Shown here one piece after another: positions 11,612 through 23,195 of a stretch of 64,000 nt of DNA. The position numbers and the translations under genes were made by a program. Below the pieces are notes generated by a model. That model did no database searches. It saw only the letters and a list, made by a program, of their open reading frames with translations, and was not told the DNA's origin. This DNA is from an uncultured Planctomycetota bacterium (GTDB lineage: Bacteria > Planctomycetota > Planctomycetia > Isosphaerales > Isosphaeraceae), in assembly GCA_963845755.1 (NCBI GenBank), contig CAWJTV010000041.1:672001-736000 (forward strand), given 5' to 3'. Each line of letters opens with the position of its first letter. Within the stretch, counting starts at the first letter, position 1.

Positions 11612-14600
11612 TCACTGTAGCGTCAGGCCGACTGCGGGTTCGGCGACGGACTCCAGGACGTCCCGAACGAGCTTCCAGATGTCACCGATTCGCGCGGCCT
11701 CCGCCCTGGCCCTGTGGAGATTGCCCTGATGGGCCACATCCTCCAGCGCCTGACAGGCGGCGGCCAGGTCGTCCGCGCCGATGGTCCGGCTGATTCCCTT
11801 CAGCCCATGTACTGCGTCCGCCAGCTTGCGGCCGTCGCCGCGCTGCACGGCGTCCGCGATGTCGTCCAGGCATCGTGGGCTCGATTCCAGGAACGACCCG
11901 GCCAGCTCCCGGGCAAAAGCGTCGTCACCGTCGCAAACGTCGCTCAACCTGGTCAGGAGCTGATGTCGAAGGCTGGAGCCGAAGTCCTCATTGCGACCCG
12001 CGTCGCTGATCCCCCCCAGGTCGTGGAGCCCGAGCTCTCCAAGGGCCGCCGCGAGGTCGGCCTGGCGGATGGGCTTGGCCAGGTAGCCGTCGAAGCCGGC
12101 CGTCAGGCAACGTTCGCGGTCGCCTTGCATGGTATGGGCCGTCAGTGCCAGGACCGGCAACCGCCGTCCGGTCCCGGCCTCGCCGGCGCGAATGGCCCGG
12201 ACCGCGTCGAAGCCGTCCATCTCGGGCATCTGCAGGTCCATCAGCACGACATCGAAGCCGCCAGGCCGGCGCCAACCTTCGGCCTCCAGGGCCCGCAGTG
12301 CCTGCACACCATCCGACGCCACCATCACGGAGTGCCCCAGGCGTTCGAGCATACGAACGGCCACTTTCTGATTGACGGGATGATCCTCGACCAGGAGGAT
12401 TCGCAGCGCCCCGCCGGTCCAGCCCGAGTGGCTGGCATCCTCGGCCCGGTCCGGTGCGATCCGAGCCTGTTCCGGTCGGCTGCGGACCGTCAGGGCCTTC
12501 ATCAGCGCGTCGAACAGTTCCGATTGGCGCACCGGCTTGGTCAAGCAGGCCGCGATCCGCAGAGCCTGGCAGGCGGAGAGTTCCTCCGGCCGGCCTGCCG
12601 ACGTCAGCAGCAGCACATGGACTTCGGCGATCCGCGGATCGCTGCGGATTCGACGGGCCAGGTCGAGTCCGTCGATCTCCGGCATCATTCCGTCGAACCA
12701 GCGCGACGGCGAACGGGCGGCCCCGCCCGATGGCAGCCCATAGCGCCTCCAGCGCCGCGGTCGCACCGTCAACGGCGGTTGGGTTCGCGCCCCAGCCCGC
12801 CAGAATCTCCACCAGGATGAGGCGGTTGGTGGCATTGTCGTCCACGATCAGGATCCGCATCCCATCCATTTGGGGGAAATCTAACTCGGTGCGGCCGACC
12901 GCGACGGCATCCCGGGGCGCGGCTGCCAACAAGGTCGTGAACCAGAACGTGCTGCCTCGTCCCAACTGGCTGTCAACCCCAATCTCTCCACCCATCATCC
13001 GGACCAGCTTCGCCGAGATCGCCAGGCCCAGGCCTGTGCCGCCGAACCGCCGGGTCGTCGAACCGTCGGCCTGCTCGAACGGTGCGAAGATCGTATTCAG
13101 CTTGTCGGGGGGGATGCCGATCCCCGTGTCGGCGACTTCGAAACGCAGCGCGACTCCCTCGATTTGTCCTTCTTCCCGGGATACGCGCATCACCACCTCG
13201 CCGCCCTCGGTGAATTTGATCGCGTTGCCGACCAGGTTGACGACGACCTGGCGCATCCGGCCGACGTCCCCGACCACGGTTTCGGGGACGTCCGGCGCGA
13301 TGCGGCAGGCCAGCTCCAGGCCCTTGGCGTGCGCGCGCAGGGCGAGCGTTTGCAAGGTCTCGCTCACCGCCTCCCGCAACTCGAAGGGTGCCGGGTCCAG
13401 GCTGAGCTTGCCGGCCTCGATCTTGGAGAAGTCGAGGATATCGTTGATGACCGTCAGGAGTGAATCCGCCGAGCTCCTGACCAGGTTGAGGTACTCGCGC
13501 TGGCGGAGGGAAAGCTCGGTGTCGAGCGCCAGTTCGGTCATTCCGATGATGCCGTTCATCGGCGTGCGGATCTCGTGGCTCATGTTGGCGAGGAACTCAC
13601 TCTTGGCCCGGCTGGCGGCCTCGGCAACCAGCTTGGCCTTCTCGCGCTCCTCCTGGGCCTGCAAGCGCACGATCCCCGAGCGCCATGCTGTCCGCCACGA
13701 CGCCCAGCGCCTTGTGTGCGGCGTCCGAGAGCGGCCGGCGGGCGAACAGCTCCGTCACGCCGACCAGCCGGTCTTCGATGATCAATGGGTGGCCGGCGAA
13801 GGCGACCATCCCTTCCCGCCTCGCCCACTCGGGGTCACTGATGCGCGGGATCCTCCCCGACGTCGTTGGTCAGGTGGGGCCGGCGCTGCTGGGCGATCAA
13901 GCCGATGTGGAATTGACCGAGAGGCTTCCGCACCCGCGGTCCATCGAGGAGGTCGCAAGTCCCGGCACTGCCCCTCAACTCCAGCACGGCTTCGGCCTCG
14001 TCGAGTGTCCAGATGCGAGCGCATGCGGCATCGACATGCTGGACCATCGACTCCGCGCAATGCTGGAGGATGCCGCGGACATCGTCGCCGCGGGTCAAGG
14101 CGATCGCGATGTCCGCGGTCAGGGTGGTCAGTCGCGCCTGCTCGAGCAGCGCGGCCTCCGCCGCCTTCTGTTCGGTCAGATCGCGCAGGTAGGCGTTGAA
14201 GACCGGAGGGCCCGACTGCCCGATGACGCAGACCGCCAGCTCGATGGGAAACTCGCTGCCGTCGGCCCGCATGGCCGGGACCTCGATCCGTTTGCCAAGG
14301 AGTGTCACCGCACTCGTGTCCAGATAACGCTGCCAACCGCGATCGTGGGCCGTGCGCAGTGCGGGCGGCACGATCAACTCGTTCAAGGGCTTGCCGAGGA
14401 TCTCGTCGCGGCGGTAGCCGAAGATCCGCTCCGCCGCCGGGTTGAACTCGATGACGCGGCCCGCGTGGTCGGCCGTCACGATCCCATCGAGCGCCACCTC
14501 CACGATGCTCGCCTTGCGCGCCTCGCTCTCGCGAAGCTCGGCCGTCCGCGCCTCGACCTGGCGCTCGACCTGCCCGTGCAACGCCTCGAGGGCGGCCTGC

Positions 14601-15226
14601 CGATCCGCGACGGCTCGCAGCTCTTGCAGCGACTGGAAACAGCCGCGGATCAAGACGACGTCCTCGAAGGCCACCCAGACCGCGTGCTCGAGCCATCGCC
14701 ACGGGCTGATGATCCCGATGCCATAAACCGAGCGCGGCCAGAAGATGCCCCGCAGGAAATGATCCAGCGCCACGACGACCGAGGCGGTGATCAACACCTT
14801 GGGGTCGCGGTACATGGCCAGGAACGCGAGCGAGCCGAAGACGTGGAAGTGGGCCTCGATCCGTCCACCCATCAGATGGATCCACAGCACACTCATGAGC
14901 ATCTGGCCGATCGCCACCGCATGCCGCGTTGACGTCGCGCCGGGCCGCCAGCGAATCAAACCCAGCGGCAGGCTGACGATCAGACCACCCAGGATGATCG
15001 CCGCCCAGATGTGGACATGGATCGAATACGCCTCGCCGGCCCATGTGAAGGGCGAGACCCATACGGCGAACATCACCGCCCCGATCCACTCCACGAGCAG
15101 CAGCGTCGCGAAGAGGTAGTCGGCCCGGCAATAGCCGGCTACCAGATGCGCTGCGTACACCTCGCCAGCCCGCTCAACGATGCGTCCAGGCTGCTCCGGC
15201 TCGAAACTCTCCGGTTTGCTCATCAT
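11612..15226 (-). CDS. Membrane hybrid histidine kinase (TM sensor-PAS-GAF-HisKA-HATPase-REC-REC-Hpt; frameshifts near 13848, 13676, 12697)
   Basis: TM region with [20 protein letters not shown] ([11 protein letters not shown]), [23 protein letters not shown], two REC domains, Hpt HGLKG. Confidence 0.9.
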
Positions 15227-15845
15227 CGAGGTCCCTGGCTGGAAGTCCGCCGTGGCGTCGCGAGCGCGCAGCCGAAGACCGGGGACTTCCGGCTTCCGCC
15301 GCCCGTCCCGAGGATCCCGGCCAGCACGGCGTCACGGCCGTCATTGGCTCCCTGGTGGCCGCGCGCGGCGTGATTCCCCCGCTGAAGATCAGGTGGCCTC
15401 CGGCATCGTACAGCAAGACATGGCCGGACGTGGAAACTCCAAATCGCCGGGCTTCGACGCCCCCGCGGTCGCGCCAGATCTGCAGCCGAGGCATGGCGGC
15501 AAGATCGGCCTCCATCGCCGACTCGCCCCAACTCTCGCGGCCACCGCCGGGCTGGAGAAGCACCGCGTGGACCGAGACTCGATTGCCGTAATCGCTGGCG
15601 ATCGATGCCAGCTCCCTCACGCTGGATCGTGAGCACGGGCAGAGGGGATGCAGGAAGATCAGGAGAGTTGGCCTACGACCATCCTGGCGGATCGAACTCT
15701 CCGACGGCCATCGGGTCGGCGACGACGCGGCGATCCCCGGCCGAGCCGCATAGTCCCCCAACAGGATCATCCCCACGCCGACGAGCAATCCCCAGACCGT
15801 CAGGAGGCAGGCCGGATGGCATCGAAGCGTCGAGAGTCGATCCAT
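15223..15845 (-). CDS. RedB-like thioredoxin-fold membrane-anchored protein (frameshift near 15366)
   Basis: N-terminal TM, PTLLIFLHPLCPCSRSS, FGVSTSGH, FSGGIT-RGH, PVFGC. ATGA-coupled to the kinase. Confidence 0.75.
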
Positions 15846-16087
15846 TGATCGTCCTTCAAGTTGCGGATTCTCGGGCCCAGAATCGCGTTGAGCTGAGTCC
15901 CTCCAGATAAACCATAGGATAAGTTGCCCGAGATGGCCGCCGGATTCTCCAGCAGCCATCTCCTGATCGGCGCGGGGATTCTTCCGGATCACGCCGGCGG
16001 ACTTCTCCACGTCCACGGCGATACTCGATGCCTACGCCAGGGCGTTCTTGGCCGGCATCCGCTCCAGAACCGCGCACACCGGCGTTT

Positions 16088-16384
16088 TCAGAGACCGCCG
16101 AAGGCCGACTTGAAGAACTGCGAGAAGATGTTCGTTGAGCTGGACTTGGATTTCGCGGGCTTGTGCGTTGTGGAATGTGCGTGCTTGACTGCGTGGTGCT
16201 GCTTGGTGGCGGCAACGTGTTGGGCGCGGGTGTCGTGAGCGGCTTCTCGGGCCTCGAGGCGGGACACCCGGGCGGCGTGGACTTCCGCTGCCGCAACGGC
16301 GTGGGCGCCCGAGACGCTGAGTGCAAACCGGTCTTCCATCGACTCCAGCCGAGGTCGGGCGACGTGTCGCTTACGCATCGGCAC
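16088..16384 (-). CDS. Small planctomycete secreted-type protein (LEPR-xLL-like leader, His/Ala/Lys-rich)
   Basis: RKRHVARPRLESMEDRFALS leader. GAGGAG RBS. Confidence 0.65.
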   Translation of the reverse strand: MPMRKRHVARPRLESMEDRFALSVSGAHAVAAAEVHAARVSRLEAREAAHDTRAQHVAATKQHHAVKHAHSTTHKPAKSKSSSTNIFSQFFKSAFGGL

Positions 16385-16684
16385 AACTCCTCTCTTGATT
16401 CGAGTGGAGGGGTTCTACCCAAAAGCTGAGAATCCTGCCACTCGAAAATGGTCCCTTCCTGACATTCTTTATCGGCCGGCCTGCAAAGACGTCATGACCG
16501 ATCTCGGTGAGTGTTCCGCGCGATCGGGATCGGAAATGCCGGGCTAATCATCTTGGTAAGACGCACGGGTTCGGGTGGTCCTCCCGACTTGCCTTCTCAG
16601 CCGCGCACCGGGTCTGCTAGGCTTTGCGTCGTACCAGGGATGGATCGAACTGCAGCCATCGTGCAAGGAAGCGAGACACCTCCC

Positions 16685-17970
16685 ATGCGAATCTTCATCT
16701 CGGCGGGAGAGCCCAGCGGCGACCTGCATGCCGCAAACCTGATCCGATCGCTCCGCCGGCGGCTCCCGGACTGCGCAATTCGTCGGCTTCGGGGGTGCGA
16801 GAATGGCGGAGGCCGGCGCGGACCTGCTCTATCCGCTGGTGGACCTCGCGGTGATGTGGTTCTTGAACGTGCTGCTCAACCTGGTGACGTTCATCCGGCT
16901 GATCTTCACGGCTGATCAGTACTTCCGGGACGAACGACCGGACGCGGTGGTACTCATCGATTACCCGGGTCTGCATTGGTGGATCGCCCGTCGTGCCAGG
17001 GCGCGGGGTATCCCCGTCTTCTACTTCGTACCGCCACAGCTCTGGGCCTGGGCCGGTTGGCGTGTGAAGAAGGTCCGCAAGTACGTCGATCAGGTCCTGT
17101 GCAGTCTGCCGTTCGAGCCGGCCTGGTATCAGGCGCGGGGCGTCGACGGGGCAGTCTACGTCGGCCATCCCTATTTCGACGAGCTGGCCGATCGGCCCCT
17201 GTGTGAGGGCTTCTTGGCGGAGCAGCGCAGGCAGCCCGGAGACATCGTGGCCATTCTACCCGGCTCGCGCACTCAGGAGCTAATGCGCAACTTACCCGAC
17301 ATGCTCCGCGCTGCAAAGGAGTTGGCAAGCCGGCGCCCGGGCGTGCGGTTCGCGATTGCCTGCCTGCACGAGCGGCACAAGGTGCTTGCAGAACGGATCA
17401 TCGCCGAGTCGGGTATTAATCAAGGGTCTAATCCGGAATCCAGGATTCCGGATCCAAAGGTCGAGGTCCACGCCGGGCGCACGCCCGAACTCATCCGGCT
17501 GGCCCGCGTGGCCTGGGCGGTTTCCGGGTCTGTCGGGCTCGAGCTGATGGTTGAGGGCCTCCCGGCGGTCGTACTGTACAAGGTCAAGCAATTCGACCTA
17601 TGGGTGGCGCGGTGGTTCATCAAGGCGAAATACATCAGCCTGGTCAACCTCCTGGCCGACACCGAGGTGTTCCCCGAGTATCTCACGTGGCAAGACGCCT
17701 CGGGTGAGATGGCCCGCTGGGCCGAGGTCTGGCTTGGCGACGCGGAGGCATATGCCCGCGTGACCGGCGGCGCTGTCGGCTTTGCGGTCGCGGGTCGCCC
17801 AGCCCGGTGCCTCGGACCGAGCGGCCGACCACATCGTCGGATGGCTGGATCAGCATCGCAGGACGACCTCGGCAACGATTGCAGATCGCGCGACCGGCGG
17901 CTACCTCGGCCCTCACGACCTTGGCGCTCGACCGGAGCCAGCCGAAGGGCATGGGCCGCATCGCAGTTGA
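16685..17970 (+). CDS. lpxB: Lipid-A-disaccharide synthase (frameshifts near 16772 and 17768)
   Basis: MRIFISAGEPSGDLH, IDYPG, PPQLWAW, LPFE, VGHP, LPGSR, SLVNLL, PE. Confidence 0.93.
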
Positions 17971-18054
17971 TTCCATTCGGTATCGGGCCGATTTGCCCGC
18001 GAATTCGGCGGATGGGTAACGCATGGCCGTGCCGGTTGCGTTACAATCGGCCAA

Positions 18055-20869
18055 ATGAGGTTACATCCCCCTGAGCACAGACTGGTCCATCCATTGCCGA
18101 CGGCTCCCCAGTTCGTGGGGAGGGAGCCCGAGCTCGAGGTGCTGCGCACCGCGTGGCAATCCGCGGTCCGTGGGGTGCTCGCGCTGGTCGGGCTCGGCGG
18201 AGCCGGCAAGACGGCGATCGCGGCCCGCTTCCTGGACGAGTTGGCCCGGCCCGGTTACCTTGCGCGGCCCGAGGGCCTTTTTGTCTGGAGTTTCTATCAG
18301 GAACCGGATGCCGGCTATTTCTTGAACGAGGCCTATCGCTACTTCGCGCGGGGCGACCCGGCCGCGGCCCCGGCCAAGGGTGCCGGATTGCTGCACCTCT
18401 TGCGCGACGCTCTGATGGTCGGCGGTCCGCATCTGCTGGTGCTCGACGGGCTGGAGCGCGTTCAGCGACAGGAAGGCCAAAGTCCCGGCGTCTTCGGTCA
18501 GATCGAGGACCCCCTGCTCCGCGGGCTACTGACCCGGATTGCCGAGGGCATCGGCCCGACGACGGCCCTGGTCACAAGCCGGTTCCCCCTGACCGACCTG
18601 AAGCCTTTCGTCGGCCGGGGCTACCGGCACTGTGATGTCGAAGGGCTCAGTCGTCCCGCGGCGATGGCCTTGCTCCGCGGGCACGGCGTCCGGGGCGATG
18701 ATGCGACGCTCGCGAAGCTGGTCGAATCGTACGGGGCCCATGCTCTGACGCTCGATCATCTCGGCGGGCTGATCGGCCAGTTCCTGGAAGGCGATCCGCG
18801 GCGGGCTCCCGAGGCGCTTCAGCTCACGTCGCCCCAGCAAGACCGCCAGGCGCTCCGGCTCGCCCGCTTGCTCGACGCCTACCAGTCGCACTTGCCGCCG
18901 GCCGAGCTGGCCCTGATCGGCCGCCTCTGTCTGCTCCAGCGGAGCATCCCGCTCGACCAGGTCCTTCGGATGTTCGTCTGCACGCCGGCCGTCCATCTTC
19001 GTACGGCGCACGATCTCGATGTCTTCGTCAAGAATATCCCCATCCCCGAGTCCTTCCCGGAGGAATTTCGGTCCGAGCTGGCCGAATCGATCGGGGAGAC
19101 CATCGCCGAGGCCATTCAACAGGCGACGATCGCTGGTCCCGAGGATGTCTTCGTGCACGACATCTACCGGGCCGTGGAAAGGTTATTGGAGCGTCATAAG
19201 CTAACCATCGTAGACGACGTCGAGGAGTTGATCCGTCTCTACGGCGACGAGACGGTGGCGGACTTCACGACGGAGCAGCGTCCGCTCTCCTGGCAGGATC
19301 AGCGGCGACTCCATAGCTGCATCTTCATATACAACGAATACCGCAACCATCCGCTGTTTTCCGAGAAGAAGCCGCCCTCTGCGCTGGAATTCGCATTCCT
19401 GAAGGAAGGCTGGGGCGAGGCTTCGACTTCAGGTGCTTACCCCGATCTGACTCCGGCGGATGTGTCGCGGGCGGTATGGCGGCATAAGCTCATTTTGCAG
19501 CAGTTTGCGATCAAGCATCGGGCGACTTCGATTGGTCCGCGAGCAATGCCGGCTCTACCAGCAGAAATGGCAGGCGAGCGGCCCACTCGCGACGCTGGAC
19601 GCCGAGGGCGTGAGCGCGGCCCTTGCGGCCCTGGTAGGCCGGCATCTGGTCCTCCGCGAGGCCGACGGCTCCTTGAGCGTCCATCCCGCCGTGCGCGACT
19701 ACTTCGCCCGGTTGATGACCGCGACGGAGCGCGGGTTCTGGCATCACCTGATCGGCGACCAGCTCATCAGCCTGGTCCAGCGGCCGGGCCGGCGGTTGCC
19801 AACGGATCAGGCGTCGCTGGACCTCACCGAAGAAGCGATCACCCATGCCCTGGGAGCGGGCCAGCCCGATAAGGCATGGAACCTGTACGCGCACGTGCTC
19901 GGCGGTCATCGGCACCTCGCCTGGAAGCTGGGCGAGATGGCGCGCGGGCTGCGGATCCTCCGCGGCTTCGACGTCTGCCCGGACCGCTGGGCGCTCGGGT
20001 GGTATCTCCGGGCGTTCGGGGAGTTGGAAGCGGCGTATGCGCAAAACTCGTTCCCCTATTTCCGCGCGGATATCCGCCTGCTTCAGGGGCAGTTACCCCA
20101 CGTGGAAGCGGAGGGCGATCCCGCGCGGACGGCGATCGCCGAGTTCCTGATGGGCCGGACGGACAAAGTGCCGCCGAACCCTCTCGGCTGCGTGGTCTCC
20201 CGGGCGCAGATCCTGCTCTATCAGGGCCGCTCCGCCATGGCGTGGCTGGCGACCGAGCCCGAAGACGTCTACGAGATGATCGGCTGGGAAGACGACCGGA
20301 CGCGCTGCCAGTTGTACCGGGCCGAGGCGGCGTGCCGGATGGACGACATCGCGAGCGTAGTCCGCTCGTTCGAAGCGGCCGAGCGCTGGGTCTTGCATTC
20401 CGGCTCGGTCGAGCACCTTTGTCTTTATCATCTCGTCCGTGCCCGGATCGAGAAGAAGGCCGGTATCGCCCGCGCCGCCCAGCTTGCCGTCAACGAGGGA
20501 TTGCACCTGGCCCGTCTGGCGGGTTTGCGGCTGTATCTGGTCGAACTCTTGTGCGTGCAGACCGAGCTACTTTTGACCGGCGGGCAAGCGGCCGCGCTGC
20601 TGCTGGGCGGCACGCCGGCGGCCGACGCCGAGCGATCGGCCCTTGAAGCCTACGAGCTCTCCTCGGCCTCGGACTGTCGGTTCGCCTGGGGGACGGCGGA
20701 GGCCGGTCACTTGCTCGGGCGATCGCTTGCGGCCCGAGGCAAGCTCGCGGAGGCCCTGTCGGTACTCGAATCGGTCCGATTGCTCCGGCTCCGCATCGGC
20801 GACCACCGCGCGGAGCAGACCGAGGCGCTCATCCAGTCGATCGCCCGGCGCAACGAGCCGCAAGCGTGA
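18055..20869 (+). CDS. STAND/NB-ARC-like P-loop ATPase with C-terminal TPR-like helices (frameshift near 19525)
   Basis: FVGREPEL, Walker A GLGGAGKT, Walker B LLVLDGLE, LVTSR, GAHALTL, HPAVRDYF, helical C-terminus. Confidence 0.75.
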
Positions 20870-21327
20870 GGATGGGACGAGAGATGCCTGAACTCTGTCC
20901 GATCTGTGGAGTCGGCATCACCGGGAAGACTCCGGTGCTGTGTCCGGAGTGTGCTCACCTGTTGCGATGGGTCCGTGGTTACTTCGCCGGCTTCGTACGC
21001 GACCCGGGCCAAATCACCCCGGAGACGACGTTCATCGAGCTTGGCGTCAACAGCCTTGACTACATGAACTGGATCCTGGAAGCCAAGGAGAAGCTGGGTA
21101 TCGTCATCTCGAACGAGGATGCCGAGTCCATCCGGACGCTCGGGCAATTCTTGCGATACCTCCGCGCCCGAGGAGCCTCATGGCCGGCGGACTCAGAGAT
21201 CCGGCTGGAGCAGAACGGTGGCTTCTTCCGGAACTCCGTTTGGGTGAGGCTTGACCACAACAAGCCGCCATCCCAATCCGGCGAGCCGCTTCTTCCTCCA
21301 GTGTACAACGGATCCGGCGCGCGATGA
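20866..21327 (+). CDS. Zinc-ribbon + acyl-carrier-protein-like domain protein
   Basis: CPICG...CPEC followed by ITPETTFIELGVNSLDYM...LGIVISNEDAESIRT. GTGA overlap with the ATPase. Confidence 0.65.
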   Translation: MRMGREMPELCPICGVGITGKTPVLCPECAHLLRWVRGYFAGFVRDPGQITPETTFIELGVNSLDYMNWILEAKEKLGIVISNEDAESIRTLGQFLRYLRARGASWPADSEIRLEQNGGFFRNSVWVRLDHNKPPSQSGEPLLPPVYNGSGAR

Positions 21328-21377
21328 GTCCAACCCGAGCCTCTCGAAACCATCGAGGAGACTCCGAAGCCCCCGCA

Positions 21378-22415
21378 TCAGTCATCGCTGAGGACATCCC
21401 ACCGCTTCGCGAATCGGAGGACGCCCTCGGCCAGCTCCGCATTGGTCCCGGCCCAGAGATCATCGAAGAGGATCCACTGATGGTAGGGGTCCTTCCCGAA
21501 CCAGGTCCCGGTGTGGAGGCACATCTGAGCGATATGGTCGCTGGTGCAGATCAGCGACTTCGCGGGGTCGAAGTCGTTCTTTTGGTTTTCGATGTGTTTC
21601 CGGATCGCTTCGAGTTCTGTGGCGGCCTGCTCGACGGTCCCGAGCCAGTTCTCCGAGGAGCTCGACTCGAAAATCGAGAATGTTGGGAGGCGCCGCACTC
21701 GCTCGCTCGCCGCAAGCAGTCCGGCTTCGCCGGTGCAGTCCGATGGGAGCTGGGAGCGGAGCAGCTTCAGCTCGAACGGCCACTCCTTATTCGGCATGGC
21801 GATCCGCAAATAGTCACCCAGTTGCGGCAGCCGCACGCCATCGATCCGGCACGGCGGGTGGAACTCGGAGTCGGACAAGCTGGATGAATCGTAGGCGGCG
21901 AGGAAGGCCAGGAACGTCGTCCCGGAACTCGGGCCCGGAGGATCGATCGCCTTGATGTCGATGCCTGGCGCAAAGGGATCGTGTCCGCTCGACATGGGCA
22001 ACCGCCAGTCGTCGTGGAGCAGGTAGGCCCCCCGGCCGGGATGGACTTGAAGGTAATGGTCGTCGAAGAAATAGTAGGCCAGCTCGATCTCGTCGTCATC
22101 GGTGAGCACCTGGATGGCGTGGGGCTGGTAACGCAGATCGCCCTCGACGTAGAGATACTCGGACAGGTACTCCTCCAGCGTCTCGTCGTTCCTGGGAGGT
22201 CTGAGCGATTCGTTGCGGGCGGCCTCGAAGATCGAGGCGAAGCCGTAGACGTCGGAGCCGAGCGTGGATTGTACCCACGCTTCTGCATCCGGGACCTTCT
22301 TCGCCTCATTCCAGACGGTCTTGAACCACTCGAGCACCGAATCGCCCGGGAGCTTCCGGACGTGCTTGCCGGAAGGCCCTTCGTAGTGGCTGCGGTAGAC
22401 GAAGTACACGCTCAC
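21378..22415 (-). CDS. Hypothetical protein
   Basis: 345-aa ORF with protein-like composition (YFVYRSHYEGP, DDDEIELAYYFFDD, WILFDDLWA). AAGGA RBS. Confidence 0.75.
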   Translation of the reverse strand: MSVYFVYRSHYEGPSGKHVRKLPGDSVLEWFKTVWNEAKKVPDAEAWVQSTLGSDVYGFASIFEAARNESLRPPRNDETLEEYLSEYLYVEGDLRYQPHAIQVLTDDDEIELAYYFFDDHYLQVHPGRGAYLLHDDWRLPMSSGHDPFAPGIDIKAIDPPGPSSGTTFLAFLAAYDSSSLSDSEFHPPCRIDGVRLPQLGDYLRIAMPNKEWPFELKLLRSQLPSDCTGEAGLLAASERVRRLPTFSIFESSSSENWLGTVEQAATELEAIRKHIENQKNDFDPAKSLICTSDHIAQMCLHTGTWFGKDPYHQWILFDDLWAGTNAELAEGVLRFAKRWDVLSDD

Positions 22416-22498
22416 GGTCGGCGTCCTTACGCTCTGGAGAGGGATTATTCAACACGCCTCGATGATCACTACCGCCGAAGCGTTGCTGAGCCGACCGA

Positions 22499-22750
22499 TC
22501 AACTCGCCTTCTGCAACTGTGCGGCGAAGTCCAGCGGGTCGGCGATCCCGTAGATCTCGAGTGTCCCTCGCGCGGCAGCGAGGTGGTTCGGGAATACCTG
22601 CTGGTCTTCGGGTAGCAGGGGCAAAGAGACGATTGCCCCCGATTGCGGATGCTCGTACCAACGAGCCGCCGGCTCCTACTGGAGCACACGGCACGTGAAG
22701 CCCAGCGACTTCAAGACCTGGTCCAGCGCTCGGTAAGTCACCTTGTTCAT
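22499..22750 (-). pseudogene. HicA-like small protein interrupted by in-frame TAG (22676-22678)
   Basis: Manual translation MNKVTYRALDQVLKSLGFTCRVLQ*EPAARWYEHPQSGAIVSLPLLPEDQQVFPNHLAAARGTLEIYGIADPLDFAAQLQKAS. GGAGG RBS. Not in the ORF track. Confidence 0.65.
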
Positions 22751-22854
22751 CCTTTGACCTCCCATCACCCGCGTTCCAGTGCGGCCTGTTTCAAACTCCG
22801 CATCCGGGCCATGGCCTGTCGATTCACGGTTTGCCTAGAGCGCTTCACGGTTGT

Positions 22855-23007
22855 GTTGCATACACTCGACGCTCACTCCCGAGGAACCCCCCTGTATCCC
22901 CCTTCGTAAGGGGGGAAAGGAAGCGGGTCGCTTCGTCTCAATCCTCCCCCCTTACGAAGGAGGGATACAGGGGGGTGAATTCGCAGCGACCCAAGGGTGT
23001 ATGTAAC
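22855..23007. mobile_element. MITE/REP-like nested palindromic element
   Basis: Outer inverted repeat GTTGCATACAC (22855-22865) / GTGTATGTAAC (22997-23007). Inner ~31-bp inverted repeat 22886-22916 / 22945-22976 whose arms are themselves hairpins. Confidence 0.65.
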
Positions 23008-23195
23008 GTAATCGTTACGCGCTCCAGCCAGCCCGTGCCCCAATCAGTCCTCCTTGACAACCTCGGCACTACCTCGAGCTTCACTTTCATTCTACAACGA
23101 CCTGTCCTGAAAGGGAGTTCAAACGGTACAGTCATATGGTCCGTTTTCGACGTCTCGTCGAGACTGTTGCAGCAAGGCCGGGTGGATCGCGTCGA

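Noticed and set aside
16424..16440. Sigma-54 promoter upstream of the small secreted protein
   Set aside because: Spacing is GG-N11-GC, not the required N10.
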